Part shown: positions 27,336 through 37,934 of the stretch, in pieces | Layout of the letters: every line of letters starts with the position of its first letter | How positions within the stretch are numbered: the stretch's first letter is position 1 | NCBI GenBank assembly: GCA_038867895.1 | Contig: JAWBXL010000005.1 | Location: 7,340-71,339, forward strand | Reading direction: 5' to 3' | DNA: 64,000 bases | Origin: Candidatus Bathyarchaeia archaeon | Lineage (GTDB): Archaea; Thermoproteota; Bathyarchaeia; Bathyarchaeales; DTEX01 | Translations under genes and position numbers: made by a program | Notes under the pieces: generated by a model | Seen by the model: the letters and a program-made list of their open reading frames with translations, nothing else | Told to the model about the DNA's origin: nothing | The model's database searches: none

Positions 27336-29075
27336 CTAACCGTGGAGCCATTCAGGCTTGCTTAAATAGTTATCATCACCAAGTGTCTCTATTATTTTTT
27401 CATAACCAGGTTTGGGAACTATTGGTAAAAGCACATGCGATTGATAATCCTTGTTACGATAGATTTTATGGAGCGTAATTTTACTGCTGCAAAGGTGCGG
27501 GTGAAAGTGTATTTGCATTTCAGGATCCCTAGGAGACTCCGCGCTCTCTATTTCCAATTTTATACGGTGACCAGCTTTAAATACGTTTACTACAACGCCA
27601 AGGGCTATCATATACTCATATATTCTGCCCGGTTCTACAGGCTCTTGGGATGTATGCGGATGATATGGCTCTCCTGGCTTAGATTTTTCTGGATCAATAG
27701 CCCTATGAGATGCTTTTAAGTAACCTTTACCAAGGGTAATATCTTTGCCATCTGGCGTCACATCACATAGTCTAACTATCCAGTTTGTATCGTCTTGGTC
27801 TATAGAAGCATAAAAGTATATGGCTACAGGACCCATCACTTCCAAGTCTCTTGGTAAAGGCGGGGTCATATATTTGACAGAGTCTCTTTTATTGGATAGC
27901 CAAAGAGGTCGATATAAATAGCAGTCTGGTTCTGGCTGATCAAGCTCGGGCGCGAACGAAAGCCATTCCCACCGACGTAAGTATAACTTAACCCATTTAA
28001 TATCTTTTGGCGGCCACCCCGTTAGGTAGCGCCACTCATTAGCCCCCATAACAAACAATTTTATTGGTGGATCCCTCATAATACCAGTATCGATTCCTTT
28101 AAGCCAATAATCAAACCACCTAAGAGCTTCCTCCCGATCTTCCCTCCATGGACGTTCCTCAGGACCCACAGGTTTCACCAAAAGTTTCTTAATAGAATTA
28201 ACATTCATGTAAAGATGCCAGAAGGCGCGAGCCTCATGAGCCAGTTTACCAACAATGTATACTGGAACTTTTATCTTATCATAGTAGGGATAAATTGATC
28301 TTTCTCGCCAATATGGTCCGTCGAGAGGATTAAGCATAATATCAAAGAAGAGAGGGCATTTTTGCGGATAATGTAACAAGTGATAGAGCATCGTATAGTA
28401 CCTTATGTCCGGGTTACTTAAGAGTCCCTTGACTCTCTGTTCAAGTTTTTCCTTGGGCAAGACCTTCATCATTTCTGATACAGCATTTCTTGGCGCAAAA
28501 CCACAAGTTAAGCCTGCATGGCGACCATACCATAAATGATAGAGAAACAATCCAAGAATTCCGCCGTGATATGCTAAATCACGGTAAGCGTCCACATATA
28601 TGTGGGAAACAAAGATGGCTTTTAGGCTGGGCGGCTGGTGTATGGCCGTTTTTAATGCTGTCGCTGCATAGTAAGAGTAACCAAGCATACCAACATTACC
28701 ATTAGACCAGGGTTGCTGAGCAGCCCATTCTACAAGGTCATAGCCATCTTTTCCCTCCTGCATGGAGAAAAATGTATATTCACCCTCCGACTTTCCTGTA
28801 CCCCTTACGTCAGCTATTATATGAACGTATCCTCTGGGCACAAAGTACTCGATATCGCCAGCCTCTATATTACCATCCCAGAAGGCACTCTCATAAAGCG
28901 GTTGCGGTGGTATCAACAAATCCTGTATGTCTTTGCCATAAGGTCCCATCGACAATAATACTGGAAATTTTCCTTCCGATTTAGGGCGGAAGACATTAAC
29001 CGTCAGGCGTACACCATCACGCATAGTCACGTAGACGTCTCTTTCCTCAACAATTTCATACATCAGCTCACCCAT
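27336..29075 (-). CDS. CocE/NonD family serine hydrolase (S15-like esterase/acylase)
   Basis: MRDGVRL, PYGK, DVRGTGKSEG, WSNGNVGMLGYSYYA nucleophile motif, C-terminal jelly-roll (FKAGHRIKLEI). Confidence 0.92.
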   Translation of the reverse strand: MGELMYEIVEERDVYVTMRDGVRLTVNVFRPKSEGKFPVLLSMGPYGKDIQDLLIPPQPLYESAFWDGNIEAGDIEYFVPRGYVHIIADVRGTGKSEGEYTFFSMQEGKDGYDLVEWAAQQPWSNGNVGMLGYSYYAATALKTAIHQPPSLKAIFVSHIYVDAYRDLAYHGGILGLFLYHLWYGRHAGLTCGFAPRNAVSEMMKVLPKEKLEQRVKGLLSNPDIRYYTMLYHLLHYPQKCPLFFDIMLNPLDGPYWRERSIYPYYDKIKVPVYIVGKLAHEARAFWHLYMNVNSIKKLLVKPVGPEERPWREDREEALRWFDYWLKGIDTGIMRDPPIKLFVMGANEWRYLTGWPPKDIKWVKLYLRRWEWLSFAPELDQPEPDCYLYRPLWLSNKRDSVKYMTPPLPRDLEVMGPVAIYFYASIDQDDTNWIVRLCDVTPDGKDITLGKGYLKASHRAIDPEKSKPGEPYHPHTSQEPVEPGRIYEYMIALGVVVNVFKAGHRIKLEIESAESPRDPEMQIHFHPHLCSSKITLHKIYRNKDYQSHVLLPIVPKPGYEKIIETLGDDNYLSKPEWLHG

Positions 29076-29476
29076 CTTTAAATCACCAGATAAAACATAG
29101 ATTGAGAAAAGTGCATATTAGCCTTTTGATTTTCTCTTTATTTCGATTTGGGAAGCCAAAGGTTTATGATAGGCGTTGGCATTTAATTAAGCGTTACATT
29201 ACGGGCACGTTTGGCAGAATGATAACTTTTATATGGATTAGACATTTCTCTTAGAATTCTTCTTAACCTTAAAACCATTTCCCCGTTAGAGACTACAATC
29301 TTAGCTCTGACCACCAGCCTTTAAGGACTAAGATTCCAGAAAAAGGGATTCTCAATTAAGAGAGAAATCTTATTCATGGAGGGATCCTAAAAACTGGATT
29401 GGAAGAAGGGCTTAAAGTGAGCATCTGGGTTCATTATCATCTTCGTAATGGATCGGCAAGCAGTCCATAAACTATT

Positions 29477-30031
29477 TTACGGATATATTCTTGCAGGTTT
29501 TATTTCTAAGGGTACATAAACAATTTCATATATCACCCCAATTAAAGGCTCTGTATCAAGATAAAAGTAATGAGAACCGTGGAACATCCCCTGCTGCAAG
29601 ATTTTGATGCCCTTTGTTTTGAATGCCTCTAAATCTTTTTTCACTTCTTCTAAAGAATTGTATCTTCTACCAACATGATGAAGCCCCTCTCCTTTTGTTT
29701 CAAGAAACTCTTTATGGATGCTTGGTCCTTCTTGAGGCTCTATCAACTCATAATATATATCACCCATTTTCGCAATAGCTACTTTTAGGGTGTAATTGGC
29801 TGGTCTCTCTCTGACGTAAGTCTCTCTATGAAATGGTGGAACAAAATAATGGATAATCCACGGCTCAACTCCAAGAATCTCGTGATGCCTTTTTAAAGAC
29901 TCCTCAAGGTTTTTTGCAACAGCAGCAACATGATTGATCTTACCAGCTTTTATAACATTCTGCGAATACATGGTAAAAACCATATAGCAGCGCCATATAA
30001 GACTTTTGCTAATGATATGGAAGACAATCAA
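29477..30031 (-). CDS. VOC family protein (methylmalonyl-CoA epimerase-like); true start likely at a downstream Met (~29983)
   Basis: INHVA, YELIEP, FLETKGEGLHHVG, YLDT...IYEI. Confidence 0.85.
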   Translation of the reverse strand: MIVFHIISKSLIWRCYMVFTMYSQNVIKAGKINHVAAVAKNLEESLKRHHEILGVEPWIIHYFVPPFHRETYVRERPANYTLKVAIAKMGDIYYELIEPQEGPSIHKEFLETKGEGLHHVGRRYNSLEEVKKDLEAFKTKGIKILQQGMFHGSHYFYLDTEPLIGVIYEIVYVPLEIKPARIYP

Positions 30032-30136
30032 AACCCAAACAAAAACTATTGATAACCTGCATGTTCAAAACCTAATTTTTCAATTTAGTGAACAACAATT
30101 AATACTAAAAAATTAAAAAAAGGTGATTTGTGGAGC

Positions 30137-31426
30137 CTACCCAAGCTGGAAGTTTTGTGTGCGGAGTGGAGTTTCTGGCTTTACTCCAAGCTGCGGGCGT
30201 ACATAAACTATTCTCATCGTCCATCCTTCTGGTGCTAACTCAAATTGTGCAAGTGTGTTGGATGTTTCGCATAAATGATCCTCTCTAAACTTCACGCGGC
30301 CCACAGGGGTCTCCATGTCGATCTTTGCAAACGCGTTGTTTATAGCGTTTCTATCTAAGGTACCTGCTATCTTTACAGCTTCAAGCGCCACGAAGAAGTT
30401 CATGTACGCGATGCCTTCCATGTGCGTCATACTCATGTCTCCTAGGTATTTCTTCCACTCTGTTCTATACCACTCATTTCCCTTGAATGGCAGGGTATAC
30501 CACCAGTGTGTCTCTGCCACAACACCTTCAGCTAAATCTCTTCCAAGAGCTTCTGCCTCAGGTATCTTCATACATCTACCCACACCAAACATCTTTGGCT
30601 GATAGCCCATTGCAGCACATTGCCTACGGAATGAAATCCACTCAACAGGTGTAGTATTAACTAAAACTACATCCACGCCCTCTTCCATAAACTTCTTAAT
30701 TATGGCTGTAAGGTCCGTGGTGCCTGGGGGAATAAAGCCTGGGAAGAATATCTTAAAGCCCGCAGCCTCCACTCTCGGAACGATTTTCTTATATGCGTCG
30801 CGGCCTGAAGTATCATCAGTGTATACTACTCCAATCTTATTAATTTTCGCTTTATATTGGCTTAGGAAGCCTTCCCATAGCTCTCCATAAACTGTATAGT
30901 TAAAGCCTGCGGTCCAGTACCATACGAATTTACCTCCAGGAACTGACGGAAGAGCTGAGCCTGCTATAGTATCTATTGGAGACCCGCCTATTGCTGGGAT
31001 TCCTCCCACTTTTTCAATGCTAATTACTGCTGGCACAGTAAATGGTGGAGGCGCGCCATAAAGAATTATCACATGCACTACCTTCTCGGTTACCATCTTT
31101 GTCGCAAGCTCAACGTATCTTGCAACGCTGCTTTCGCCATCATAAATTATAAGTTCTATTGGGTGATACTTGCCTGTTCCCGAAAGATAAATGCCTCCCT
31201 TTGCGTTTATTTCAGTTGTCCATGCAGTCCACTGTATCCTAGCCCTTATATTCTCAGGTGCATAAGCCCCGGTCAAATTTGTTACTATTCCTATTTTAAT
31301 TGGTTCGCCAACCTCCCTAGCTGGAGGTAATGTAGAGTAATAATAGTAGACACCTGCCACAGCCGCGATGACTACAATCACGATAATAGCAACAGCCTGC
31401 AATTTGGTGATAGCGTTCGCCCTCAA
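30137..31426 (-). CDS. Liv/HAAT-type ABC substrate-binding protein, N-terminally anchored
   Basis: Hydrophobic N-terminal anchor, IKIG..TNLTG, INAKGGI, YDGES, TPVGRVKF. Confidence 0.88.
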   Translation of the reverse strand: MRANAITKLQAVAIIVIVVIAAVAGVYYYYSTLPPAREVGEPIKIGIVTNLTGAYAPENIRARIQWTAWTTEINAKGGIYLSGTGKYHPIELIIYDGESSVARYVELATKMVTEKVVHVIILYGAPPPFTVPAVISIEKVGGIPAIGGSPIDTIAGSALPSVPGGKFVWYWTAGFNYTVYGELWEGFLSQYKAKINKIGVVYTDDTSGRDAYKKIVPRVEAAGFKIFFPGFIPPGTTDLTAIIKKFMEEGVDVVLVNTTPVEWISFRRQCAAMGYQPKMFGVGRCMKIPEAEALGRDLAEGVVAETHWWYTLPFKGNEWYRTEWKKYLGDMSMTHMEGIAYMNFFVALEAVKIAGTLDRNAINNAFAKIDMETPVGRVKFREDHLCETSNTLAQFELAPEGWTMRIVYVRPQLGVKPETPLRTQNFQLG

Positions 31427-31754
31427 AATTTCTTCCCTCCAGACAACATATTAAATGGTAGAGGATATAAAATTTTCTTCATTATAAGATTAATAAATTA
31501 GTTTTAACATATTTATTAGCAATGTGCCCAAAATTTCTTGAAAATTTAGTTTAAGGTTTATTTATATAAATTTAGGAAGCATCAGAACCCACAAGACAAA
31601 AATCACAAAAACTTTATATAATAAAATCTCACTTAAAATCCATTAACAACCTTCCAATCCGCAAACTGAAAAATAAAAATTAATTAGAGTTAAAGCAAAA
31701 ACACTAAAAATAAGAGAGCTTAAAATAGTGAAGATGGAGGCAAAGATCTAAAAC

Positions 31755-32621
31755 ATGATTGACATCATATTGATGGGTATTTTTGTAGGCGCTGTGTATG
31801 GACTCATTGGTTTAGGCCTTTCTTTAATTTTTACGGGTATCAGGAACAACATGAATATAATGCATGGGCAAATGGCTCTTTTAGGGAGTTACTTTGCTTT
31901 TACTGCATCTACATTTCTAGGGATTGACCCTCTGTTATCTTTAATTATAGTTCTTCCTGTTGCTTTTTGTGTAGGCTTTATATTGCAATATACATTACTA
32001 AACAGAGTGGTGTTAGAGCCTCCAACTTACATCTTGACTACCGTGGGAATTAGCTTGGTAATTGAAAATTCAATCCTCATAATCTATGGTCCAGATTTAA
32101 AAAGCTTAACGCCCTATACCGCAGATTTTGTTAAAACATTCACATCCTTCGCATCAGACCTCCGCATACCCAACGTATACATAATAGATTTTGTTACCGC
32201 AGTAATCGCGATGATGCTTATTTTCGTTTTTCTAAAATACACTTATATGGGAAGAGCTATAAGAGCTACATCTCAAGATCATGTGGCTGCTAATCTTCTC
32301 GGAGTAAATGATAGGAAGATTTATGCGACTACATTTGGTATAGGGTCAAGTCTTGCTGCTTTGGGCGGATTTTTTGCAGGTCTCACTTATGCTTTTGAAC
32401 CCTTCTACGGTCCTCTTTACTTGAGTCTAGCGCTTGCTGTTATGATATTGGGGGGTCTGGGTAGCATCCGTGGCGCGGTGGTAGGGGGAATTATCATAGG
32501 ATTAATCCAAGCGGTAGTTTCATATCTCCTGGGAATAACATGGGCTCAATTAGCATCAAACGCTGTGACACTAATTTTTCTTGCATTCAAACCAGAAGGA
32601 ATATTCGGGTATAGGGTATGA
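31755..32621 (+). CDS. ABC permease (LivH-like)
   Basis: GLSLIF...MNIMHG, GRAIRATSQD..AANLLGVN, ILGGLGS. Confidence 0.92.
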   Translation: MIDIILMGIFVGAVYGLIGLGLSLIFTGIRNNMNIMHGQMALLGSYFAFTASTFLGIDPLLSLIIVLPVAFCVGFILQYTLLNRVVLEPPTYILTTVGISLVIENSILIIYGPDLKSLTPYTADFVKTFTSFASDLRIPNVYIIDFVTAVIAMMLIFVFLKYTYMGRAIRATSQDHVAANLLGVNDRKIYATTFGIGSSLAALGGFFAGLTYAFEPFYGPLYLSLALAVMILGGLGSIRGAVVGGIIIGLIQAVVSYLLGITWAQLASNAVTLIFLAFKPEGIFGYRV

Positions 32622-33553
32622 TTAAAACAAAGTTCAAATTTAAAAGAAATCTCTCTTTGATCCTTGCAATCCTTATAGTGGCTTCTTTAATGCCTTTAGG
32701 ATTACCACCCGCTTATATAACTCTATTATTTCTATTTTACATATACATGACAATGGCTAATGTTTTTGATCTTCTTTCCAGCTACTCTGGAATGTTAGCT
32801 CTCGGTTTTCACGGATTTATTGGTTTTGGAGGGTATGTGACTAGTATTGCAACAACATACTGGGGCTTTTCCGCCTTACCTAGTTTACTTCTTAGCGGGG
32901 CTCTTTGTGCTTTACTTGCCCTAGCAACATCATTCTTAATCTCAAAAATGAGGGGCTTATATTTTGCTGTGGGCACTCTTGTGACAGCCCAGATCCTCTT
33001 TTATTGGTTCCAAAGCTGGACTTATGTGGGTGGGGGTTATGGAATGCCAGTAGTATCCTACGTCACTCTCCACGGTCTCTATTACATCTCATTAGCATTC
33101 GCTCTCATATCAATATTCACTTCTTATACTCTCATTCGTAGTAGAATAGGATTGAGACTCAAAGCTATAGCAGACGATGACTTAGCTGCCAGCACGTATG
33201 GCATCGACGTCTTTAAAACCAAACTTTTATGCTGGGTTATATCATCAATCTTTGCAGGTTTTTCCGGAGGATTATATTTCATTTATTCAAACTTTATTTC
33301 ACCGGGAGCTGCTTTCAGCTTCTACTGGACATTAAGTGCAATAGCAGCCGTAGCTATCGGAGGAAGACGGACAACCCTCGGTCCCATTCTAGGAGCATTC
33401 ATCGTTGTTCTGCTACGACAAACTTTCCTAACATTATTACCAGGACTAAGCGCGCTAGTTTATGGAATTCTAATAATAATTGTCTTATTTTTATTTCCTC
33501 ATGGAATTATAGGATACATAGGTACCTTTTTAGGTAAGGAAAAACAAAAATAA
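32618..33553 (+). CDS. ABC permease (LivM-like)
   Basis: YSGMLALG, GLYFAVGTL, SRIGLRLKAIADD..AA, GPILGA, PHGIIG. Confidence 0.92.
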   Translation: MIKTKFKFKRNLSLILAILIVASLMPLGLPPAYITLLFLFYIYMTMANVFDLLSSYSGMLALGFHGFIGFGGYVTSIATTYWGFSALPSLLLSGALCALLALATSFLISKMRGLYFAVGTLVTAQILFYWFQSWTYVGGGYGMPVVSYVTLHGLYYISLAFALISIFTSYTLIRSRIGLRLKAIADDDLAASTYGIDVFKTKLLCWVISSIFAGFSGGLYFIYSNFISPGAAFSFYWTLSAIAAVAIGGRRTTLGPILGAFIVVLLRQTFLTLLPGLSALVYGILIIIVLFLFPHGIIGYIGTFLGKEKQK

Positions 33554-33884
33554 GCTCATAATTTAAATTAGAGTGCTTTGTCTCTTATTTTTCTCGGACA
33601 TTTTCTTTTTAATTCTTCGTCACTCTTGCAAAAATAAATTGAATAATTTATTCAGCCATCACATGATCAGCTAATGCGCTTCTCCTACTATACCACGCTC
33701 ATTGATTGATCTTAAAGACTCGAAAAATGCTTGATGATAAATCCTTTCTGAACATTAATATCCATTAATAAATTGCCTATTTTTAAGGGAGTTTGCTGAC
33801 TTGCTTGTCTGATATTCGCCATGAAATTATTATATTTTACTCTAAGCATACTAAAATAATGATGGCTCCTTTGAGGAGGTATCT

Positions 33885-34802
33885 ATGAATTTAAAGGAGA
33901 AGATAAAGAAATTTGCTCTTGAAGAGGAAAAGATAGATTTTTTTGGCGTAGCTTCTGTGGACAGGTTTAAATACGCGCCAGAAGGGCATAGACCAGAGGA
34001 TCTATTAGTAGGTGCAAGATCTATCATCTCTATGGGCGTAAGAATACTGGAAGGTGTTAGAGAAGCTGCAATAAGGGTCCAGTATAAAGGCTTTCCAAGA
34101 TATTTAATTTACTCCCAGCTGTGGTATGGATACAGTTTGCCAAATTGGATAATATTAGATCGCATAGCCTGGTTAGTTGCAAACATGCTAGAAAAAGAAG
34201 GGTATGTCGCTTTACCTATACCATCTAGTGGCGCGGAGTGGAAAACTGAAAGAGAAGATACGAGAACGTACGGTCAATTCTCAAATAGACATGCAGCTGT
34301 AGCGGCGGGGCTGGCTGAATTCGGGCTAAATAGACTCGCATTAAATCCTATAACAGGTCCAAGAGCTAGGTGGGTAAGCGTGATAACAACCGCAGAACTA
34401 GAACCAGATCCTCTTTATGATGGACCAAAATTATGCAGACCAGATATTTGCGCAAAATTGTGTAAAGAAAAATTTGGTGTACATAAACCAATTTGCCATA
34501 ATGTCTGTCCCGCTAATGCATTTTTGACTGAAAAAATGGAGAAGGTAACTATCGGAGACAGGATCTATTATTATCCGGATATAGATATGGTGAAATGTGC
34601 CTGGGTGGGGGCTTCTGGCTCGCTTAGTAATACTGTGATCGTACCAGAAAATGTTAAGACTTTTACGGACATTAGAAGGGAAGTTGCGAGACGTAATGAT
34701 CCAATCGTTCAGCGGGAGATGACGTTTGCTCACAGAGCCCATTATTGCGGGAGATGCATGAATCTATGTCCATCCCCTAATTTTGAAATCCCACAGATCT
34801 AA
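33885..34802 (+). CDS. QueG/reductive dehalogenase-like corrinoid iron-sulfur protein
   Basis: FGVAS, P.DLL..ARSII, FSNRHAAVAAGLAEFG.N.L...GPR, two Fe-S Cys groups (C..C...CHNVCP; C...W...CGRCMNLCP). Confidence 0.8.
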   Translation: MNLKEKIKKFALEEEKIDFFGVASVDRFKYAPEGHRPEDLLVGARSIISMGVRILEGVREAAIRVQYKGFPRYLIYSQLWYGYSLPNWIILDRIAWLVANMLEKEGYVALPIPSSGAEWKTEREDTRTYGQFSNRHAAVAAGLAEFGLNRLALNPITGPRARWVSVITTAELEPDPLYDGPKLCRPDICAKLCKEKFGVHKPICHNVCPANAFLTEKMEKVTIGDRIYYYPDIDMVKCAWVGASGSLSNTVIVPENVKTFTDIRREVARRNDPIVQREMTFAHRAHYCGRCMNLCPSPNFEIPQI

Positions 34803-34858
34803 ATTTATTCCCTTTCTTCACTTTTAACATTATTTAAGAGAAGAATGCGAGTATCATA

Positions 34859-35869
34859 TTATGGAACAAGTACTTGTCTCCCTATCACTCTGCCAGTCTC
34901 TAGATCGTCAAAGGCTTTTTCAGCTTCTTCAAGTTTTCGAACAACCGTTACATTGGATTTAATTTTTTTCTTCTCAGCTAATTTTACAACATTAATAAAG
35001 TCTAATTGATTGCCAACAAAGCTGCCTGTCAATTGCGCCTCTTTAAATATTAGGGGGCCAATCGAATATTTTATTTCGCCTCCCTCCATACCAACTATAA
35101 TATATTTTCCACGTTTAGCTAAAGCTGATGAAAACAAGGAAAACGTTTTTTCTGAGCCAACTAAATCAATGATGACGTCGCTCCCTTTTCCCTCGGTTAT
35201 TCTTAATATTTCATCAACAACATCTTCTTTGCTTGCATTAACAACATAATCTGCCCCGAACTGCTCAGCCATTTTTAGGGTTTCTTCCCTTCTACTAACA
35301 CCTATTATTGTGGCTCCGCTGATAACTCTGGCCATCTGGATAACCATTGTTCCAAGGCCCCCACCAGCCCCAATAACCGTAAGGACCTTTGATGGATTAA
35401 GCTCAGCCTTTCTTAAAGCTCTATATGAGGTTACACCTGAACAGGAAAGGGGCGCAGCATCCTCAAAAGAGAGATTCTTTATCTTAAGTAGATACCTATA
35501 ATGTGGGACCCTGACATACTCGGCAAAACCACCATCCGCATTGATCCCAAGGTGAATCGGTTTCTCACACAGATTATTCTCCCCAATTTTACAATAATAG
35601 CAAGAATCACATCCTATCCAAGGGTTAACAACCACTCGATCATTCTTTGCAAATTCTTGAACCTTATCACCAACCTCTTCGATAATGCCTGCAATTTCAT
35701 GGCCAAGCGTTAGGGGTAATCCTGTAGTGCGTCTCTTTTTTATGTGAAGGTCTGAATGACATACGCCTGCAGCCCTAACTCTCACAAGAACATCAAAGTC
35801 TTTAACTTTCGGAGTATCAACATCCACCAACTCTATTCTACCAACTTCCACCAATCTAACAGCCTTCAT
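34859..35869 (-). CDS. Zn-dependent alcohol dehydrogenase (MDR family)
   Basis: GVCHSD, GHE, structural Zn CDSCYYC...C, GAGGGLG. Confidence 0.95.
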   Translation of the reverse strand: MKAVRLVEVGRIELVDVDTPKVKDFDVLVRVRAAGVCHSDLHIKKRRTTGLPLTLGHEIAGIIEEVGDKVQEFAKNDRVVVNPWIGCDSCYYCKIGENNLCEKPIHLGINADGGFAEYVRVPHYRYLLKIKNLSFEDAAPLSCSGVTSYRALRKAELNPSKVLTVIGAGGGLGTMVIQMARVISGATIIGVSRREETLKMAEQFGADYVVNASKEDVVDEILRITEGKGSDVIIDLVGSEKTFSLFSSALAKRGKYIIVGMEGGEIKYSIGPLIFKEAQLTGSFVGNQLDFINVVKLAEKKKIKSNVTVVRKLEEAEKAFDDLETGRVIGRQVLVP

Positions 35870-36070
35870 ACCTTTAACCTCTCAAATATTTAAAGCACAA
35901 AAAAGTTTAAAATATTTATGCTTTAAACTTATTACGTTTTACCAAGATGATTAAAATTTAACGCTTTATATTTTTGGAACCTATATTAGAAAATAAGATA
36001 AGAAATGTTATGAAAAATCTATATATGATAAAGAACGTATCTGAAATTTATTGTAGGGTGAATCGAAATT

Positions 36071-37675
36071 TTATTCTTCTAGAATAAGATATTCGTCTGA
36101 AGCAACATTATTTGGGTCAAATGCTCTCTTAAATTTAGATTGCCAGCGCCACGCCTCGGGATGAGTACACTCTTTTAAAATCCTTTCTTTTTCTTCTTTA
36201 GTAGGCATGAGGAAAACATCTATGGGTCCGCCCATGCCCCCAATATATCCCATCTTTCTTCCAACCTCTTCTCCTCTAATACGATATTTTATTGCAGCAT
36301 TTTTTGATTCAGGGTCGCTTACATCAAATAGACAGAAGTTCTCCATATACATTGCTCCTCCTCCCCCACGTATTGCAAATGTTCCCATGAGCGCATCAAC
36401 CCCATCATCAACAATTAGCTTCTTTTCTATCAACTCCTTTTTATGTCTAAGACTCTCCTCAAAGATTGGTAGCAGACTTAATGGAGACCCATAGGGCGAA
36501 TAACCGGGCGTATAACCCCCAGCATAATAGTTCCAGTTTTTATAGCAAAGCCTAAATAACCAAATGAATGTTAACTCTTTTATAGCTTGATCTTCGCATT
36601 CCTCAACAATCCATCCTCCAGTCTCTTCCAGTATTTTCTTTAAGGCAGCGTTCTGCCATTCAAGATGCTTCTTTGTGTTTCCAACAAGTATTATTTGGTA
36701 AGATTTCCTCATTTTCTCCGTAAGTCTTTTGGTCTCCGGATCTTTAAGAACCTCCTCAAGATGATATATCGTTTTATTTGGGTCTAATAAAATCTTAATT
36801 ATTGCCGCTTCTAATTCCTCACCGAAAAAATTAAACTGCCTATGAACAATATAACCTATCTTAGCATCCCATATCCTATACGCGGACATTAACATCGCTT
36901 CGAAGGACGGGAACGCAATAGTATGTACATCAACGTTCTCCGGTAATTTTAGCCTATATATTGGTAATGACCCAGTAACCTCTAGCTTTTCTGGACCCGG
37001 CCAAGGATGAAGTTTAACAGCAATCTTTGTGACTACGCCAAAGGAACCATGAGTCCCCCAAACCCCCCTAAGTAGTCCCCTTACGCTGGGACCAGGCCCT
37101 TCCCCACAGAACCACCCGCAGCCAGAACCAAGAGAACCTGTCCTTACAATTTCACCATTAGGTAACACCCACTCAGCCGCCAACAAATTTTCACAACCAC
37201 GTCCCATAAAAACTCCAAATGGGCTTTCTCCATGATAGCATGTAGTATACGCGACCACTGAGCATGAGGCGCCAGCTCCAATAATGACACATGATAAACC
37301 TTTTTTCATAGCTTCCGCCTGAAGTTCCGCAGCAATAACATAGGGCTCTACTATGGCGTACATAGCATCCTCGTTTATTTCTATGATTCTATTCATTCTC
37401 CTTAAATCAAGCAAGATTGTTCTGGGAGATGAAACGAGAGCCGATGGTGACCATCCAGTTGAATGGCATTTAACTTTTATGTGATAGCGATTACAAATCT
37501 TTATTATTGCTTGTACATCTTCTACGCTTCCAGGGAGCAGTACTGCCTCGGGTCTTACTGGCTTAAAATCTCCACCAATAAAGCTATAACTATCTAAAAT
37601 CACTGGATCCTCAGAAATATTTTCTGGCCCCACAACATCTTCAAGCGCTTTATATTCCTCCCTCTTCAAAACCAT
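36071..37675 (-). CDS. FAD-binding oxidoreductase, VAO/PCMH (GlcD-like) superfamily
   Basis: PEAVLLPGS.EDVQ, LDLRRMNRI, VEPYV, EWVLPNGE, GVVTK, C-terminal FDPNN. Confidence 0.85.
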   Translation of the reverse strand: MVLKREEYKALEDVVGPENISEDPVILDSYSFIGGDFKPVRPEAVLLPGSVEDVQAIIKICNRYHIKVKCHSTGWSPSALVSSPRTILLDLRRMNRIIEINEDAMYAIVEPYVIAAELQAEAMKKGLSCVIIGAGASCSVVAYTTCYHGESPFGVFMGRGCENLLAAEWVLPNGEIVRTGSLGSGCGWFCGEGPGPSVRGLLRGVWGTHGSFGVVTKIAVKLHPWPGPEKLEVTGSLPIYRLKLPENVDVHTIAFPSFEAMLMSAYRIWDAKIGYIVHRQFNFFGEELEAAIIKILLDPNKTIYHLEEVLKDPETKRLTEKMRKSYQIILVGNTKKHLEWQNAALKKILEETGGWIVEECEDQAIKELTFIWLFRLCYKNWNYYAGGYTPGYSPYGSPLSLLPIFEESLRHKKELIEKKLIVDDGVDALMGTFAIRGGGGAMYMENFCLFDVSDPESKNAAIKYRIRGEEVGRKMGYIGGMGGPIDVFLMPTKEEKERILKECTHPEAWRWQSKFKRAFDPNNVASDEYLILEE

Positions 37676-37934
37676 TTTTTCACCCCTGTGACCATAATTA
37701 TACTGTAATGATATTGGTTTATTATCGCAGATTGCTATTTAGCCTTTACGGAAAGTAGGATTAATGTGGGAATTTTCGATCTGATCGCTTTTTGCGAAAT
37801 AGGATTTCAGAACCAGTTTATAATGGTTAAATCCTCTCTATCATTTTTGATTGCCGCTAAAAGCTATACATAAAATTTAAATTAAATCACAAATAACTTC
37901 TGTAGAAAGAGCAAATCGAGCTGGTGAATTAAAG

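Noticed and set aside
29180-29470. Spacer with an AATCTTAG...CTAAGATT inverted repeat; possible MITE or gene remnant
   Set aside because: Short repeat, no target-site duplication, no second copy seen, no transposase.
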